A stretch of DNA of 64,000 nt from Clostridia bacterium 41_269 (GTDB lineage Bacteria; Bacillota; DTU086). The notes beneath the pieces are model-generated. The model did not search any database, had not been told where the DNA came from, and saw nothing but the letters and a program-made list of their open reading frames with translations. Both the position numbers and the translations under genes were made by a program. Positions 20,743 to 30,951 of the stretch are shown here, piece by piece. The stretch's first letter is position 1. The number at the start of each line of letters is the position of its first letter. Location of the stretch: assembly GCA_001508005.1 (NCBI GenBank), contig LGEZ01000009.1, positions 2,493 to 66,492 of the forward strand, written 5' to 3'.

Positions 20743-20775
20743 AGGCGGCAGCAGTATTAACTGATGCCGCCTTTT
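20743..20775 (+). terminator. hairpin/terminator between trpB2 and lysA
   Basis: AGGCGGCA-g-CAGT / ACTG-a-TGCCGCCT plus TTT. Confidence 0.65.
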
Positions 20776-20802
20776 AAAGTTTAATAGATAGGAGTGGGAT
20801 GG

Positions 20803-22122
20803 GTGAAGCTGCATGGCACAATGCATATTAATGATAAGGGACACTTGGAAATCGGGGGGTGCGATACAGTTGATCTGGCTAATGAATTTGGAACCCCCCT
20901 TATAGTATATGATGAAGATTACATCCGCCAAATGTGCCGCCGTTTCAGAAAAGCCTTTATTAATGGGTTAAATGGCAGAGGGGATGTTGCCTATGCTGCT
21001 AAAGCTTTTCTTACTCTTGCTGTGGCATCAATGATTATGGAGGAAGGACTTTCAATGGACGTGGTTTCTGGGGGAGAATTGTTTACGGCATTGAAGGCTG
21101 GTTTTCCCCCAGAAAGAATTTATTTTCATGGTAACAACAAAAACAAGGAGGAGCTGGAGCTTGCGGTTAAATCTGGAGTGGGAAGGATCATAGTTGATAA
21201 CTATTATGAGCTGGATTTGCTGGAAGAAATTACATCAAAAGAAAAAAAATCTATATCCATAATGCTGAGGCTCACTCCAGGTATTGAGGCACACACCCAT
21301 GAATACATTAAAACGGGTCAGGAGGATTCAAAGTTTGGGTTTACTTTATCAAAAGATATAGCCTTTAATGCTGTTAAGAGGGTTCTTAGTATTCCCAATG
21401 TTACTCTTAAAGGGTTTCACTGCCATATTGGTTCCCAAATTTTTGAGACAGAACCCTTTAAAATAGCTGCGGAAATTTTAATGGAGTTCAGGAAAAGGGT
21501 TGAAGAAGAACTGGATTATGAAGTGGAAGAATTAAACCTTGGTGGAGGTTTTGGAATATATTACAGTGAAGGAGATAGGCCGCTGGAAATTGAAAAATAT
21601 GCGGATACTATAAAAGAAGCGGTTTATAAAAAAGCTGAAGAGTACGGTCTCAGCATACCCAAAATCATTGTTGAACCAGGCAGATCTGTTGTAGGCCCTG
21701 CGGGTACCACCTTATACACCGTCGGTTCCATTAAAGAAATACCAGGTATAAGAAAATATGTGTCTGTGGATGGAGGTATGGCTGATAACATTAGACCTGC
21801 TCTTTATAAGGCAAAATATGAAGCTGTTGTAGCAAATAAAGTAAATTGGGAACTGGATCAGGTGGTTTCCATAGCAGGTAAGTGCTGTGAATCCGGAGAC
21901 ATGCTCATTTGGGATATAAAACTGCCCAAGGTGGAACCAGGTGATATTTTAGCTGTATTCTGTACAGGTGCTTATGGATATTCCATGGCCAGCAACTATA
22001 ATAAACTTGGAAGACCTGCGGTGGTTATAGTTAAAGAAGGCAGGGCGGATTTAATTGTAAAACGGGAAACCTATGAAGATCTAATAAGAAATGAAGTTGT
22101 TCCTGATAGACTGTTTAAATAA
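20803..22122 (+). CDS. lysA: diaminopimelate decarboxylase
   Basis: YAAKAF, HCHIGSQI, EPGRS, GKCCESGD, GAYGYSMASNYN; GTG 20803 after AGGAG. Confidence 0.95.
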   Translation: MKLHGTMHINDKGHLEIGGCDTVDLANEFGTPLIVYDEDYIRQMCRRFRKAFINGLNGRGDVAYAAKAFLTLAVASMIMEEGLSMDVVSGGELFTALKAGFPPERIYFHGNNKNKEELELAVKSGVGRIIVDNYYELDLLEEITSKEKKSISIMLRLTPGIEAHTHEYIKTGQEDSKFGFTLSKDIAFNAVKRVLSIPNVTLKGFHCHIGSQIFETEPFKIAAEILMEFRKRVEEELDYEVEELNLGGGFGIYYSEGDRPLEIEKYADTIKEAVYKKAEEYGLSIPKIIVEPGRSVVGPAGTTLYTVGSIKEIPGIRKYVSVDGGMADNIRPALYKAKYEAVVANKVNWELDQVVSIAGKCCESGDMLIWDIKLPKVEPGDILAVFCTGAYGYSMASNYNKLGRPAVVIVKEGRADLIVKRETYEDLIRNEVVPDRLFK

Positions 22123-22163
22123 AGGAAAGCTTAGGGATGTTTTTGGCCTGTAAATAGTCTGAT

Positions 22164-22193
22164 TTGCCTGTTTTTGTATGAACATGGTATAAT
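22164..22193 (+). promoter_or_regulatory. sigmaA promoter
   Basis: TTGCCT-N18-TATAAT with TG extension. Confidence 0.6.
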
Positions 22194-22242
22194 CCAAATG
22201 TTGTTAATATTTTAGGGTTTTAAAATCAAGGTGGTGTTTTGA

Positions 22243-22884
22243 TTGCCCTTTTCAAATTTGTCGGGAATGATTGCAGCAATTCCCGCGGTTTTAATTGCAA
22301 TAACTTTTCATGAATATGCCCATGGAAAAATGGCTTATCTATTTGGGGATCCCACTCCCGAAAGACAGGGACGGCTGACTTTAAATCCTCTGGCACATTT
22401 GGATCCCATTGGTACACTTCTGCTTTTTTTAGCAGGTTTTGGTTGGGCAAAACCCGTTCAGGTGAATCCATTTTATTTTAGAGGAAATAGAAGGAAAATT
22501 ATGATGCTGGTTAGCCTTGCTGGCCCTATGATGAATCTTATTATTGCCTATTTAGCGGCGGTGAGCCTAAATCTTTTAGGTAAGTTTTATCTTGGAATGG
22601 GACCTTTGGCAGGTTATTTACACATTTTTTTAAAGCTGCTATTATTTTATAATGTGGTACTCGCAGTGTTTAACTTGATACCCGTTCCTCCCCTTGACGG
22701 TTCAAAAATATTAATAGGTATTCTTCCGGAAAAATATACAAATTTTTTATATAACCTAGAACAGTATGGGCCCCTTATTTTACTTCTTTTAATATTTACG
22801 GGGGTAATTGATCTTTTTTTGGGAAGTGCTGTTCAGAAAATAATCAATTTTTTAACTTTTCTCAGCAGTATAAGTTTCTTATAA
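22243..22884 (+). CDS. site-2 protease family (M50) membrane peptidase
   Basis: [21 protein letters not shown]. Confidence 0.92.
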   Translation: MPFSNLSGMIAAIPAVLIAITFHEYAHGKMAYLFGDPTPERQGRLTLNPLAHLDPIGTLLLFLAGFGWAKPVQVNPFYFRGNRRKIMMLVSLAGPMMNLIIAYLAAVSLNLLGKFYLGMGPLAGYLHIFLKLLLFYNVVLAVFNLIPVPPLDGSKILIGILPEKYTNFLYNLEQYGPLILLLLIFTGVIDLFLGSAVQKIINFLTFLSSISFL

Positions 22885-22899
22885 AGAAGGGAGAAAGCA

Positions 22900-23883
22900 A
22901 TGAAAGGCAGAATTTTAAGCGGAATGCGTCCAACAGGCAGGCTTCATATAGGGCATTTAAGCGTGCTTGAAAATTGGGTTAAACTTCAAGAAGAATATGA
23001 AACTTTTTTTATGGTAGCGGATTGGCATGCACTGACCACAGCTTTTGATGAAACCGAAGAAATTAAAAACAAAATTTGGGACATGCTTCTGGATTGGCTC
23101 AGTGTGGGCATAGATCCAGAAAAAAGTGTTGTTTTTGTTCAATCCCATGTAAAGGAACACGCGGAACTGCACCTGCTTTTTTCTATGATTACACCCCTTT
23201 CGTGGCTTGAAAGATGTCCCACTTATAAAGATCAGGTTCAGCAGTTTGGAGAAAGGGGAAAGGACATAAGCACATATGGTTTTTTGGGATATCCCCTTCT
23301 TCAAGCAGCTGATATATTAATATACAGAGCGGATACCGTTCCCGTAGGAGAAGATCAGCTTCCCCATCTTGAATTATGCCGCGAAGTAGCAAGAAGATTT
23401 AATTATCTGTATAATGCAAAAGTTTTTCCAGAACCCCAGGCGAAACTGGCAAAGCTGCCTTTACTGCCTGGTATTGACGGGCGAAAAATGAGTAAAAGCT
23501 ACAACAATGATATTTCCATCACTGCGGATTTTGATGAAATCAGCAGCAGAGTGAGACAGATGATAACTGATCCTCAAAGGATACACAAAAACGATCCAGG
23601 TAATCCCGAAGTCTGCACAGTATATCTTTACCATAAAATATATAACCCGGATGAACTGGAAGAAATTGAAGCAAACTGCAGAGGAGGAAAGATTGGTTGT
23701 GTAGCCTGCAAAAAGAAACTTGCGGTTAAAATGGACGAAGCGTTGGGGCCTATCCGCGAGAGAAGAAAAGAATTGGAGAAAAAGCCCCAGCTCATTGAAG
23801 ATATAATTGCAGATGGTGCTGAGAAAGCAAGAAAAGAAGCTTCAAAAACTATGGAAAAGGTAAGAGAAGTTATGAGAATTTAG
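22900..23883 (+). CDS. trpS: tryptophan--tRNA ligase
   Basis: SGMRPTGRLHIGH, YPLLQAADI, KMSKS. Confidence 0.95.
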   Translation: MKGRILSGMRPTGRLHIGHLSVLENWVKLQEEYETFFMVADWHALTTAFDETEEIKNKIWDMLLDWLSVGIDPEKSVVFVQSHVKEHAELHLLFSMITPLSWLERCPTYKDQVQQFGERGKDISTYGFLGYPLLQAADILIYRADTVPVGEDQLPHLELCREVARRFNYLYNAKVFPEPQAKLAKLPLLPGIDGRKMSKSYNNDISITADFDEISSRVRQMITDPQRIHKNDPGNPEVCTVYLYHKIYNPDELEEIEANCRGGKIGCVACKKKLAVKMDEALGPIRERRKELEKKPQLIEDIIADGAEKARKEASKTMEKVREVMRI

Positions 23884-23904
23884 ACTGCAGGCTGGGATTA
23901 AATT

Positions 23905-24660
23905 ATGGAAGATCTTCTTAAAGAAGTTGAAAGAGGGAAAAAAGCTGATCTTAAAAACTTAAAGATTTCGCAAATTACAGAACTGTATCTTGAAAAAGTA
24001 AAAAAGGGAAAAGATGTGGATTTAGACGAAGCATGTGACTTTCTTGCTTCAGCTGCTGAACTTCTTCGGAACAAATCTCTTCAGCTGTTGGAGGATTATA
24101 AGGAAAACTTATCTGAAGAAGAAAACGAAGAAGAAAACTTTGAGGAAAAAATTTTTGAGGAAGAGGCTTCTTTTTTAGAAAAGGCAGAAGTGAAACTAAA
24201 GGAGTACAGAACCTTTAAAGAAGCAGCCAATTTTTTAAGGATGCGTTTAATGTCGGGGGAGAAATATTATCCCCGCCCAGAACTTTCAAACTATGTTAAT
24301 ACAGTTAATTCAAATGGTTTTCTTGAAGGTTTGAATCTGGAAGATCTCATTTCAGCTTTCGAAAAAGTTTTGTTGAGGCATAAAGGTGCAGAAGAAAAAG
24401 AAAACGGTGAATTTTTCGAAATTGAGGAGCAGGAGTATAAAATAACTGACAAAATTAATGAGTTAATTAAATTTTTAAATAATTTTCCTTCAGGGATCGA
24501 GTTTTATTCTCTTTTTGGCAGAGAAACATCAAAAAGGGAAATTATTGTTACCTTTTTAGCTCTTTTGGAATTGGTACGGCTGCAGAAGGCTAGGGTTAAA
24601 CAGGAAACACAGTTTGGAAAAATAATTATTTACCCCATCTTAAACCGAAGAAAGGGATAA
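23905..24660 (+). CDS. scpA: segregation and condensation protein A (divergent N-terminus)
   Basis: ISQITELYL, IIVTFLALLELVR, QETQFGKIII; adjacent to scpB. Confidence 0.8.
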   Translation: MEDLLKEVERGKKADLKNLKISQITELYLEKVKKGKDVDLDEACDFLASAAELLRNKSLQLLEDYKENLSEEENEEENFEEKIFEEEASFLEKAEVKLKEYRTFKEAANFLRMRLMSGEKYYPRPELSNYVNTVNSNGFLEGLNLEDLISAFEKVLLRHKGAEEKENGEFFEIEEQEYKITDKINELIKFLNNFPSGIEFYSLFGRETSKREIIVTFLALLELVRLQKARVKQETQFGKIIIYPILNRRKG

Positions 24661-24672
24661 GGTGGGAAAATA

Positions 24673-25203
24673 ATGACGATAAATTCGTGGGCAGTTATAG
24701 AATGCATACTTTTTATGAGCAGCGAACCCGTGGCTTTAGAAACCTTAACCAAAATTTCAGGATTTGACAGAGAAGAAGTACTTGCAGCTTTGGAAGACCT
24801 CCGGTCTGTTTATCGGGAAAAAGGACACAGTATAGACGTAGTGAAAGTGGGTAAGGGGTGGCAGATCTGCATACGTCCTGAATTTTCTTCCTATGCAGAA
24901 AAGCTTTATCCCGTAAAACAAAAAAGGCTCTCACATGCAGCTTTAGAGACTCTTTCCATAATTGCATATAGGCAGCCCATTACCCGTGCTGAAATTGAAA
25001 AAATACGTGGGGTAAAAACCGATAAAGTTATACAGACGCTTCTTGAAAGGGGATTAATTGCTGAAGTTGGGAGAAGAAAAGGACCCGGCCGACCCCTTTT
25101 ATATGGTACTACCGCAAAGTTTCTACTTGAATTTAATCTTAAAGATCTGAGCGAGCTGCCTCCTCCTGAAACCTTTTTTAAAAAAAATACGGATAATACT
25201 TAA
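24673..25203 (+). CDS. scpB: segregation and condensation protein B
   Basis: LSHAALETLSIIAYRQPITRAEIEKIRGV, GRPLLYGTT. Confidence 0.95.
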   Translation: MTINSWAVIECILFMSSEPVALETLTKISGFDREEVLAALEDLRSVYREKGHSIDVVKVGKGWQICIRPEFSSYAEKLYPVKQKRLSHAALETLSIIAYRQPITRAEIEKIRGVKTDKVIQTLLERGLIAEVGRRKGPGRPLLYGTTAKFLLEFNLKDLSELPPPETFFKKNTDNT

Positions 25204-25270
25204 ATTAATTTTTCCTCCTGGGGTTTATCTTTTCCCTTATATCTGCACTTAGCAGCTGGATAAGTAAAAA

Positions 25271-25302
25271 AAGCCCCCGTCTCCTTTGATGAGCGGGGGC
25301 TT
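25271..25302. terminator. hairpin terminator after scpB
   Basis: AAGCCCCCG / CGGGGGCTT stem with A-tract on 5' side. Confidence 0.7.
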
Positions 25303-25379
25303 AATAATATATGTGTATTTTTTTCATATATATGGAAATAATTCATAACACATATTATTATTAATTATCATCTTTTTGG

Positions 25380-26019
25380 GTGATTTTTGTGCAGTTAACA
25401 ATTTATTTGTATTTTTCACTGTTTGTTCTGCTGTTTTTTATTCTGTTTATTGTTCGTGCAGACATTATTATAGAATGCTTAATTAATGATAAAAATAATA
25501 ATGCTGTTTTTGAATTAAGATTATTAAAGGGATTTATTAAATTTAAAATAAAGCTGCCGGCGCATACACTGAAAAAAATAATTGGAGCTTTAGGGAAAGA
25601 TATTGATTTAAAAAAAAAGCAGATTTTCAGTATTAACAGTATATCTTGTGATGATTAGGTTTTTAAAAATAAATTTGTGGCTTCTCAAGTATGCCCATGT
25701 TAAAAAATTTTCTTGAAAAACTACATTAGGATTAAGCAACCCAGCTGTTACTGCTGTATTTTCAAGTTTTTTTAGCATTGCGGTGGATATGTTTGTAAGA
25801 GTCCTTCTTAAAAAATCAAAGGGGACCATCACTACCCCTGAGGTTATGGTTCTTCCTAATTTTTGGAATGATTGTTTGCATACCCACCTGTACTGTATAC
25901 TAACGATTCCAATGGGCTATATTATAACTGCAGCTGTTAAAATGGCATTTCTTGTTATTTGCTTCTTTGTTCATAAAAAGATTGGAGGAGTGGATCTGCG
26001 TGGACAGTCATCCCATTGA
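25380..26019 (+). pseudogene. ytfI: YtfI/DUF2953-like gene, disrupted
   Basis: +1 shift in A9 run 25610-25618 and in-frame TGA 25714-25716 in VKKFS*KTTLGLSNPAVTA; directly upstream of ytfJ. Confidence 0.6.
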
Positions 26020-26410
26020 ATCTATGATGAAAACTGCTATGGAAAGCATAAAGGAAATGGTAGATGTGAATACGGTTGTGGGAGATCCCGTTGAAACCCC
26101 AGACGGTACAGTAATAATTCCAGTTTCCCGGGTAACTGCAGGGTTTGTTGCAGGTGGTGGGGAATATGAAGGGGGCGATTCGGATATGGGTAACGCCTCG
26201 AAAACACAGCAATCATCACAGTATCCCTTTGGGGGAGGCAGCGGAGCAGGGGTATCTGTGCAACCTGTTGCCTTTCTTGTAAGCAGTGGTACAGAAGTTA
26301 AACTTCTTCCCATAAATGACAATATTATATTCGACCATATGATTGATATGGCACCAAAGCTGCTTAATCAAATAAAGGATTTGCTTCAGGAAAGGAATAA
26401 GGGAGCTTAG
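26000..26410 (+). CDS. ytfJ: GerW/YtfJ sporulation protein
   Basis: HPIESMMKTAMESIKEMVDVNTVVG, PFGGGSGAGVSVQPVAFLV; GTG 26000 after GGAGG. Confidence 0.92.
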   Translation: MDSHPIESMMKTAMESIKEMVDVNTVVGDPVETPDGTVIIPVSRVTAGFVAGGGEYEGGDSDMGNASKTQQSSQYPFGGGSGAGVSVQPVAFLVSSGTEVKLLPINDNIIFDHMIDMAPKLLNQIKDLLQERNKGA

Positions 26411-26538
26411 TGCTAGCTCTAAACAGCATCCTACCCAAAAGCTTAAAAAAGGAAATTTTTAGTTGAAGGAAATTTTATTTTTTTCTAGCAAAAATAAAAT
26501 ATAATTTATAGTTTTATCCCCGCAGGTTAATCGCGGGG

Positions 26539-27720
26539 ATGCTTTTTGGGTGGGGGCTGGTAACTTTGAAAATGCGTTTTAATAAATATATAACCACAAC
26601 AATTTTAATATGCTTCTTATTATGCTTTATCTGGACTTTACCCACTTTTGGTGAGGATGCCAGAAGTTTGGATATTTATGCTGAAGGTGCAGTGCTGATG
26701 GATGCGGAATCCGGAAGAGTTCTTTGGGCTAAGAACCCTCATAAAAGGCTTTATCCTGCTAGCACTACTAAAATATTAACTGCTGTCCTTGCCATAGAAA
26801 AGGGAAAACTTGACAGCACTGTGGTTGTTAGCAGGGAAGCGGCGGAGACAGAAGGTTCAGCCATTTGGCTTAAAGAAGGAGAAAGGTTAACCCTAGAAGA
26901 TCTTTTATATGCTGTTCTTTTAAGTTCTGCGAACGATGCAGCAGAAGCTGTAGCTGAACATATAGGTGGAACCCAAGAAAATTTTGTGAGGATGATGAAT
27001 GAGAAGGCGAAAGCAATAGGGGCAAGGGACAGCCATTTTGAAAATCCCCACGGACTTCATGAGGAAAGTCATTACACAACAGCTTATGATCTTGCCCTTA
27101 TTGCAAGATATGCCATGACAAATAGTACTTTTGAGAAAATAGTGGCTACTGAGAAAAAGATCATTCCATGGGAGGGCCATGATTGGTCAAGATTGTTAAT
27201 AAATAAAAACAATTTAATTAGAAACCCCAAGCTATTTCCGGGAGCAGATGGAATAAAAAACGGATATACAAAAGCTGCAGGAAACTGCCTTGTGGCTTCT
27301 GCAACCAGAAATGGAATGAGGCTCATTGCTGTTGTTTTAAATGCTCCCAATGCAACGGGAGAAGTGATAAAGCTTCTAGATTATGGTTTTAAAAATTTTT
27401 CAAAGGAAAAATTGGTAAACAAAGGTGAAATTTTGGGAAGCTTTAAAGTGGAAGGCTACGGACGGGTTAATTTGGTGGCTTCAAAAACCATGGGAGCGGC
27501 TCTTAGAGAAGGAGAAAAAAACAGAATAAAAGCTGTGGTTTATGCGCCTAAAAAAATTGATCATTCTGTTAGAAAAGGAGATATAATGGGCAAAATTAAA
27601 TTTACAGTAGATGGGGAAACAATAGCTGTGGTTGATTTGGTTGCTGCAGAGACTGTAAAAAATCCCTGGCTGAGCGGTCTGTTGAAAGTTTTTTTGGATG
27701 TGTTTTCCTTTTGGGCTTAA
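26539..27720 (+). CDS. dacB: D-alanyl-D-alanine carboxypeptidase DacB
   Basis: ASTTK, SAND, KNG motifs; upstream of spmAB; true start may be TTG 26566 or ATG 26572. Confidence 0.82.
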   Translation: MLFGWGLVTLKMRFNKYITTTILICFLLCFIWTLPTFGEDARSLDIYAEGAVLMDAESGRVLWAKNPHKRLYPASTTKILTAVLAIEKGKLDSTVVVSREAAETEGSAIWLKEGERLTLEDLLYAVLLSSANDAAEAVAEHIGGTQENFVRMMNEKAKAIGARDSHFENPHGLHEESHYTTAYDLALIARYAMTNSTFEKIVATEKKIIPWEGHDWSRLLINKNNLIRNPKLFPGADGIKNGYTKAAGNCLVASATRNGMRLIAVVLNAPNATGEVIKLLDYGFKNFSKEKLVNKGEILGSFKVEGYGRVNLVASKTMGAALREGEKNRIKAVVYAPKKIDHSVRKGDIMGKIKFTVDGETIAVVDLVAAETVKNPWLSGLLKVFLDVFSFWA

Positions 27721-27833
27721 GGGTTAAAATTCGATATAGATGGGTTTGAGGGCAGCTTAAAGCTGCCCTGTTCTATTTTCGAACTTTTTTTCATAGGCTT
27801 GAATTGTAAACAGGCCATTGGAGGTGCCTCTTA

Positions 27834-28424
27834 ATGGTAAATTTAATCTGGCTTTTTCTTCTTATGAGCGGTATTTTTTTTGCTGCTGTTAACGGAAGAA
27901 TTGAGGTTGTAACGTTTGCAGCTTTAAATGCTGCTGAAAATGCTGTTCAAATTTCCTTTGAACTTATTGGGATAATGGCACTTTGGCTAGGTATTATGAA
28001 ATTAGCAGAAGAAGCGGGTATTGTAAAAATCATTGCATTATTAGTTCGTCCAATCACAGGATACCTTTTCCCTTCTGTTCCAAGGGATCATCCGGCAATG
28101 GGAGCAATAGTTTTGAATCTAAGTGCTAATATGCTGGGCCTTGGGAATGCTGCAACTCCCTTTGGTCTTAAGGCTATGGGAGAACTACAGAAACTTAATC
28201 CCAAAAAGGATGAAGCAAGTGAGGCCATGTGCACTTTTCTTGCCCTTAATACTTCCTGCATAACCTTAATTCCTGCAACCATTGTAGGTATCAGGACTGC
28301 AAGCGGTTCCATAGACCCCACTGCTGTTGTGGGCACCACTTTGTTTGCAACATGCTGTTCCACAGCGGCAGCGGTTATTGCTGACAAAATATTTAGGAGC
28401 TGCTGGGAACGAAAAAGGGGCTGA
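27834..28424 (+). CDS. spmA: spore maturation protein A
   Basis: ANMLGLGNAATPFGLKAM. Confidence 0.95.
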   Translation: MVNLIWLFLLMSGIFFAAVNGRIEVVTFAALNAAENAVQISFELIGIMALWLGIMKLAEEAGIVKIIALLVRPITGYLFPSVPRDHPAMGAIVLNLSANMLGLGNAATPFGLKAMGELQKLNPKKDEASEAMCTFLALNTSCITLIPATIVGIRTASGSIDPTAVVGTTLFATCCSTAAAVIADKIFRSCWERKRG

Positions 28425-28428
28425 AAAT

Positions 28429-28965
28429 ATGGTTGAGATATTTATACATGAAATTTCAAAATGGGCAGTTCCCATGTTGTTTTTTATTATTCCAGGCATA
28501 GCTTTTTTAAAAGGAATTAAGGTATATGAAGCATTTGTGGCAGGAGCTCAAGAAGGATTTAACACTGCTATTAAAATTATACCTTTTTTGGTGGGTATGC
28601 TGGTTGCTATAGGGGTTTTCAGGGCATCAGGAGCCCTTGATGTTTTTACAAAACTGCTGCATCCTATTACGGATTTTTTTGATATTCCCGGCGAAGTTCT
28701 CCCTTTAGCTTTGATGCGCCCGCTATCAGGGGGTGCTGCTCTTGGTGCAGCAGCTGAGCTGATTAAAACCCACGGTCCTGATTCTTATATTGGATTTCTA
28801 GCTTCAACAATGCAGGGCAGCACAGACACTACTTTTTACGTTCTCACTGTATATTTTGGTTCAGTGGGGATTGTGAAGTACAGATATTCCGCAGCTGTGG
28901 GACTCATAGCTGACATTGTAAGTTTTCTTGCTTCGGTATTTATCTGCCGCACTGTGTTTTTTTAA
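28429..28965 (+). CDS. spmB: spore maturation protein B
   Basis: VYEAFVAGAQEG, RPLSG, GSTDTTFYVLTVYFG; ATG 28429. Confidence 0.95.
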   Translation: MVEIFIHEISKWAVPMLFFIIPGIAFLKGIKVYEAFVAGAQEGFNTAIKIIPFLVGMLVAIGVFRASGALDVFTKLLHPITDFFDIPGEVLPLALMRPLSGGAALGAAAELIKTHGPDSYIGFLASTMQGSTDTTFYVLTVYFGSVGIVKYRYSAAVGLIADIVSFLASVFICRTVFF

Positions 28966-29044
28966 AATGATATGGTAAATTAAATAATAGTCACAGTAAA
29001 AATAGCTTTCATTATTTTATGAAATAAATTTCTGGAGGACAGCA

Positions 29045-29821
29045 ATGGAACGTCTTCAAAAGGTTCTAGCTCAGTGCGGCATAGCTTCACGACGAAAATG
29101 TGAAAAAATTATTCTTGAGGGAAGGGTAAAAGTAAACGGAAAAGTTGTTACTCAGCTGGGAACAAAAGTTCACGAAAATGACAGAATAGAAGTAGATGGA
29201 AAGCCTGTTGTTAGAAAAAATGAAAAGATTTATGTTCTTTTTAACAAACCTAAAGGCTGTATTACTACAGTTTATGATCCCTTTGGAAGAAAAACAGTTA
29301 TGGATTATCTCAATAAGTTTAAAGATTACAGAATTTTTCCGGTGGGAAGGCTGGATCGGGATACTGAAGGCCTGCTTCTATTAACCAATGATGGTCAATT
29401 GAGTTTTGCTCTTACCCATCCTTCTCATCAGGTTGAAAAAACATATCTTGTGGAAATCAATGGAACTCCTTCGAAAAAACAGCTGGAAAGACTCAGCCAG
29501 GGTGTTTACCTTGAAGATGGAAAAACATTACCAGCTGAGACTGAATTAATCCGAGGCGGCAGAAGGTCATTGGTTAAGATAACCATTCGTGAAGGGAGAA
29601 AGCGTCAGATACGCCGCATGTTTAAAGCCATTGGTTTTTCTGTGCTCAATCTCAAAAGAATTAAATTTGGACCCCTTGTCCTTAAAGATCTTAAACCTGG
29701 AGAATACAGGCTGTTGAAAGAAAGCGAAATCAGTAAGCTAAAAGAACTGGAAAAGCATGTTTATAAGATGAAAAAAGAAAAAAATATTCATCGAGGTGAT
29801 GGTACTGAACAGGAAAAATAA
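29045..29821 (+). CDS. rluB: 23S rRNA pseudouridine synthase
   Basis: MERLQKVLA S4 domain, VGRLDRDTEGLLLLTNDG. Confidence 0.9.
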   Translation: MERLQKVLAQCGIASRRKCEKIILEGRVKVNGKVVTQLGTKVHENDRIEVDGKPVVRKNEKIYVLFNKPKGCITTVYDPFGRKTVMDYLNKFKDYRIFPVGRLDRDTEGLLLLTNDGQLSFALTHPSHQVEKTYLVEINGTPSKKQLERLSQGVYLEDGKTLPAETELIRGGRRSLVKITIREGRKRQIRRMFKAIGFSVLNLKRIKFGPLVLKDLKPGEYRLLKESEISKLKELEKHVYKMKKEKNIHRGDGTEQEK

Positions 29822-30338
29822 ACTGGGACTTGTTCAGGTTTACACCGGAAACGGTAAGGGTAAGACCACTGCGGCTTTTGGACAGGCTTTAAGAGCCTAC
29901 GGACACGGTTTTAAGATTGGCATATTCTTGTTTCTAAAGGATTGCAGTTCAGGGGAAGTAAAAACTGTTAAAGAACTTCTGCCGGATATAGATGTGAAGT
30001 GCTTTGGGAGCGCAGTTAATTGGGAAAGGGGTTTTACCGCTGAAGATAAAAAATTGGTATCAGAAGGTTTTAAAATTGCCAAATCAGTAATTAGAAAAGG
30101 GCAGCTGGACATGCTTATTCTTGATGAAATATGTGTAGCTGTTGAGTTGGGATTTATTGAAGAAAATGAACTGATCAGTATCATAAAAGAAAAGCCTTCC
30201 CATATGGAAATAATTATTACAGGAAGAAATGCTCCTAAAGCTCTTATTGAAAGTGCCCATTTGGTTACTGAAATGAGAGAAGTAAAACACCCCTTTAAAT
30301 GCTTAGGATTAAAAGCACGTAAAGGTATTGAATATTAG
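29796..30338 (+). CDS. cobO: cob(I)yrinic acid a,c-diamide adenosyltransferase
   Basis: YTGNGKGKTTAA, ILDE, TGR, VTEMREVKHPF, GIEY. Confidence 0.9.
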   Translation: MMVLNRKNKLGLVQVYTGNGKGKTTAAFGQALRAYGHGFKIGIFLFLKDCSSGEVKTVKELLPDIDVKCFGSAVNWERGFTAEDKKLVSEGFKIAKSVIRKGQLDMLILDEICVAVELGFIEENELISIIKEKPSHMEIIITGRNAPKALIESAHLVTEMREVKHPFKCLGLKARKGIEY

Positions 30339-30422
30339 ATTATTTTGGCGTAAAGCGCAGGATTTTTTTTTAAATTTGCCGAAAGAAGGAAATTGTATGG
30401 GGTAGCAATCGGAGGGATAAAA

Positions 30423-30884
30423 ATGACAAATATTGAATTAGACAGGAAAAATAAAGAAAGCAATATAAAACTGCGGGTTAGATTTGATTATAAAGCTGAA
30501 AGGACAGGGCGGCTTTTATTTGGAGGTAAAAGCCCCGATAGACTGGCAGAAGAAATCAGAGAACAAAAAGCAGCACTTTTGAGAAATGTGCCCATTAAAG
30601 GAATTAATATTGAGGATATTGATATGGGGATAGAGATTTATAAAGTTTATGATGAAGAAACAGGAAGAGAAGCAGCTTATGCGCCCCTAGAGCTTATTAT
30701 TTCTGCAGATACCATTGAGGATGTGGTAAGGTTTGTAATGTGTCAGGAATTTAGAAAGGTAGAAATTCTTGAACCCAAACAGCTGGTTTTAAATAAAAAG
30801 GACATTGAGCGCATTTTGTATAAAATGAATGAAGAGCTTCACCACTTCAGCGAAGTTTTAGAGAAAAAAATAAACAGCAGATAA
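30423..30884 (+). CDS. conserved hypothetical protein
   Basis: ATG 30423 after GGAGGG; RVRFDY, LLRNVP, AYAP, EFRKVEILEP; sigmaH-like promoter upstream. Confidence 0.7.
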   Translation: MTNIELDRKNKESNIKLRVRFDYKAERTGRLLFGGKSPDRLAEEIREQKAALLRNVPIKGINIEDIDMGIEIYKVYDEETGREAAYAPLELIISADTIEDVVRFVMCQEFRKVEILEPKQLVLNKKDIERILYKMNEELHHFSEVLEKKINSR

Positions 30885-30951
30885 TTACTTAACTTTTTTA
30901 TTTTGAACAAAACGTTTATAAAACACTGCAAAATAAAAGGAGGTTAAATTT

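Noticed and set aside
22885..22899. T-box upstream of trpS
   Set aside because: Only 15 nt intergenic; no T-box motif before the upstream protease gene either
25714..25716. TGA read as Trp or selenocysteine
   Set aside because: TGA is used as a normal stop by many genes here and TGG encodes Trp throughout
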